Shown here in pieces: positions 61,331 to 64,000 of a stretch of 64,000 nt of DNA. Each line of letters starts with the position of its first letter. Positions within the stretch are counted from its first letter, which is position 1. Source of the DNA: Oceanisphaera sp. Lineage in GTDB: Bacteria > Pseudomonadota > Gammaproteobacteria > Enterobacterales > Aeromonadaceae. Both the position numbers and the translations under genes were made by a program. The notes under the pieces are model-generated. The model saw only the letters and a program-made list of their open reading frames with translations. It did not search any database and was not told the origin of the DNA. The stretch covers positions 14,575 to 78,574 of the forward strand of contig NZ_JBLWUK010000015.1 of NCBI RefSeq assembly GCF_048268965.1, written 5' to 3'.

Positions 61331-61365
61331 AAGGCGTGAGGGGTAAAACCCTTCACGCCTTTTTT
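61331..61365 (+). terminator. prfB-lysS terminator built from heptamer-family units
   Basis: AAGGCGTGAGGGGT-AAA-ACCCTTCACGCCTT-TTTT. Confidence 0.8.
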
Positions 61366-61542
61366 GATCCCGCCTTTTACCGTCATCCTGACGAATGTCA
61401 GGAGCTTTGTTTGTTGTTGCTCCGCTCAGTAGCGTGACCGTGAAACCGTGATTGCCTGACATGGCTCCCAGAGGCGGGGCAGGAACTATCATTAAAGTGT
61501 TAACACAGGTCAGAAATCATCGCACAGCAAGGGGTAACCAGC

Positions 61543-61791
61543 ATGATGAATATTTCGCAATTAACCGAGCTGTTAGGGTGGGCATCCGTCATCAATATTG
61601 GCTATCTCTTGCTGGCTACCCTCATCATTGTTTTTATGAGGGGAACCCTCTCTGCTCTTCATGGCAAGCTATTTGATATGGACGAACAGACATTAAGCGG
61701 CAAGTATTTTGATTTTTTGAGTCATTACAAAATAGTGACCCTGGTGTTTATGGTGGCGCCCTATCTGGCTTTGAAAATCATGGGCCATTAA
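61543..61791 (+). CDS. Small two-TM protein (DUF6868-like)
   Basis: LGWASVINIGYLL...HGKLF...Y.FL..YKI.TLVF...PYLALKIM pattern; AAGGGG RBS. Confidence 0.75.
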   Translation: MMNISQLTELLGWASVINIGYLLLATLIIVFMRGTLSALHGKLFDMDEQTLSGKYFDFLSHYKIVTLVFMVAPYLALKIMGH

Positions 61792-61918
61792 CACTGAGCC
61801 TAACCCGCAAGTGGCTCTCTTTGTGCTTCGAGTCGCACTGGCTTGACCTTGGCCTTCCTCAAGGGCAAGGTTCAGTACAGTAGGTGGTAAATGGACACAG
61901 CCCAGCAAGGAGAGTGAC

Positions 61919-62200
61919 ATGCATATCGGTATCCTGACCTTGACCTTTTCCCTGCCGGGCTGCGGCTCTCTGAAAGAAAAACGCCAACGCATGGGCGGCA
62001 TGCACGAACGCTTCGGCCGTAGCCCCTCGGTGGCCGTCTGCGAGAGTGGTGAACACGACCGGCACGACGCCAGCGAGTGGTCATTCGTGGTGGTGGCCGC
62101 CTCGAAACGTGAGCTCGAATCCCAGTGCAGCCAGATTGAAGACAAGATACAGCGCACCGTAGAAGGGCGCCTGATAAACGTTACGCGAGAATACCTCTAA
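61919..62200 (+). CDS. DUF503 family protein
   Basis: IGILTLTF.LPG..SLKEKR, SVAVCE...HD.H, GGAGAG RBS. Confidence 0.85.
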   Translation: MHIGILTLTFSLPGCGSLKEKRQRMGGMHERFGRSPSVAVCESGEHDRHDASEWSFVVVAASKRELESQCSQIEDKIQRTVEGRLINVTREYL

Positions 62201-62246
62201 TAAAATATAACAAGTAGAGCTGGCGTTCAGTTTTCTTTCAATAAAT

Positions 62247-62279
62247 AACACAAACCTACCGGAACGGTAGGTTTGTGTT
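62247..62279. terminator. Long hairpin between convergent genes
   Basis: AACACAAACCTACCG-GAA-CGGTAGGTTTGTGTT perfect 15-bp stem. Confidence 0.75.
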
Positions 62280-62287
62280 GAGCTATA

Positions 62288-63241
62288 TTAAAGAACTATA
62301 TTTTCTTGTTCGCCTTTTTCCCATTTAACAATGTTTGCAAATGTAATTTCGGCTCTTCTTACCATAGCTTCTTCAGTTGCAAATCCGATATGCGGAAGGA
62401 GAACTGTATTCGGAGCATCCAGGATCGGGTAATCTGCGGGAACCGGTGGTTCCATATCTACTCTATCTAACCCAGCGCCGGCGATTGTTCCATTGCGCAG
62501 CGCTTCTGCCAGTGCATCATTATCAATAATCGGGCCAACTGCTGTATTGATTAAGAATGAGCTGGTTTTCATCAATGCCAGCTTATCTTTATCAATCAAG
62601 TGTTTAGTTTCATCCGTTAGTGGCGTATGAATGGTAACAATATCACTCGCCTTTAAAACTTCATCTAACGACTTGTATTCTACACCTTTACTTATCAATG
62701 CTGGCTTTTCACTTCTGTTATAGGCAATGACCTTACAGCCGAAAGCTAAACCTAATTCAGCTACAGCACCACCTATGTCTCCAGTGCCTAATACACCCAA
62801 GGTTTTACCTTTTAAATCAATCTGCCGGTAGCCATCCTTTGTACCTCCGTTTCTGACGACTTCCTCTAAAGGTACAATATTACGCAACAGTGAAATGATT
62901 AGCCCGAAAGTAATTTCAGCTACGGAGTTCGTGCTGTAACCCGCAGCATTTGAAACTTTAATCCCTTTCTCTTTACACATCTCTAAATCGATGTGGTTAT
63001 AACCAGTGAAGGCTACTGAAATATATTTTAATTTTTCTGCAGTAGCGATCACTTCACCACTCAGTGGTGTGTTGGCAATCACTATAACATCTGCGTCTTT
63101 GATCCTCGATTTAAGAGTCTCATCATCTAATTTACCATCGTCATATACAACTAACTCATGGTTGTTGTCAGCTAAAGGTTTTGATATTGCATTTAACTCT
63201 TCTTTGCTAATACCTAGAGACTCTAAAATTACAATTTTCAT
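62288..63241 (-). CDS. D-isomer-specific 2-hydroxyacid dehydrogenase family protein, AT-rich
   Basis: FTGYNHID, VSNAAGYSTNSVAE, GVLGTGDIG Rossmann motif, IHTPLTDET, PHIG; markedly lower GC than the flanking genes. Confidence 0.9.
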   Translation of the reverse strand: MKIVILESLGISKEELNAISKPLADNNHELVVYDDGKLDDETLKSRIKDADVIVIANTPLSGEVIATAEKLKYISVAFTGYNHIDLEMCKEKGIKVSNAAGYSTNSVAEITFGLIISLLRNIVPLEEVVRNGGTKDGYRQIDLKGKTLGVLGTGDIGGAVAELGLAFGCKVIAYNRSEKPALISKGVEYKSLDEVLKASDIVTIHTPLTDETKHLIDKDKLALMKTSSFLINTAVGPIIDNDALAEALRNGTIAGAGLDRVDMEPPVPADYPILDAPNTVLLPHIGFATEEAMVRRAEITFANIVKWEKGEQENIVL

Positions 63242-64000
63242 TTTTTATCTTCCCTCTTATTATTATGGTTACACCTAATAATGCTGTTATCCAAGCATAA
63301 CCAACATTCTGTACCTGATTTTATTACTTGTTTTTATTAACACGATTCGGCGCTTTATCTGAGGCGGTATTCTCTATGGTTTACAAGGAGGCTATCCATT
63401 AATCTGGGCTCCTCCCAAGGTAGTCATCCAGCTTGCTTAAAAATGCTGGTTCTAAGTATTGTATGTGTACCCTAAACAGTGCGGACCCAATAGGCTACCT
63501 CAACTACAGCCATGATACATCTTTAGGCCACAGAGCTTAAATTTTGGCAAAAAGCCAAAACGGAACCTCCGTGTTGGCTAAAATTAAGCGAGTCACCCAT
63601 GTTACAGAACTCATTCTCTAAACTCAATGTAACCAGCAGGTTTTTCTAGTAATATCAGTGGTTTATGGTTGGTAAAATAATGATCAATGGTAATTAGATT
63701 AGTGTGTGGTTGATTTTTAGCCAGGTGTCTGCATTTAAAGGTTCTGGTTTGGATTTTTTAGAAGGCACGGATGCCATGGCCAGGTTATAGCCAAATTAGA
63801 TACGCCACCTAATTATTGGTTCAGCTGCCAGTCCCGTCCCGGCGGGATTTATTGCTGGCACCCTGAACGTCAGGATCTGCTTTTAGCCTGGTGTTTGATG
63901 GTAGTAAATGTAGCCGCCGCTTTAGCTGGCGGGCCTGCGAAGCAGGATGATCTCTGTGATTACCCGGTAAAAGCCGGACAAAGGGCCTGCTCCGACTCTC

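Noticed and set aside
61381-61404. CGTCATCCTGACGAATGTCAGGAG, a CGTC-type REP-like palindrome
   Set aside because: Single occurrence in the window with a 7-bp stem; cannot be distinguished from a chance hairpin here.
63540-63870. Possible integron attC sites around the AT-rich gene
   Set aside because: The hairpins lack convincing RYYYAAC/GTTRRRY boxes, and there is no cassette array or intI.

Overview
A mostly core-genome, GC-rich gammaproteobacterial window. The gene order (ygiM-pitA-DUF47-ygiF-glnE-hldE; tolC-nudF-cpdA-parEC; yggS-pilTU; srmB-yfiC-brnQ-fldB-xerD-recJ-prfB-lysS) suggests Aeromonadaceae such as Oceanisphaera/Oceanimonas/Zobellella (inference). It carries a selenocysteine formate dehydrogenase operon, putA, a tctDE/tctCBA locus, a reduced yjfI-pspA-like operon and an AT-rich, probably imported dehydrogenase at the right end. 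The most interesting signals are not in the ORF track. (1) The yaaA-srmB gap holds three tandem cassettes, each with a sigmaE-type promoter, a ~65-nt CU-rich non-coding unit and an intrinsic terminator, i.e. a candidate triplicated sRNA. (2) Facing them is an unannotated 53-aa ORF made almost entirely of YxGPERR/DRR arginine motifs, resembling a stand-alone c-di-GMP-binding peptide. (3) There are three distinct MITE-like families, one with Tn5/IS50-like 19-bp ends and a 9-bp target duplication. (4) Heptamer-repeat inverted arms are dispersed at gene 3' ends. All coordinates were counted by hand and no database searches were run.
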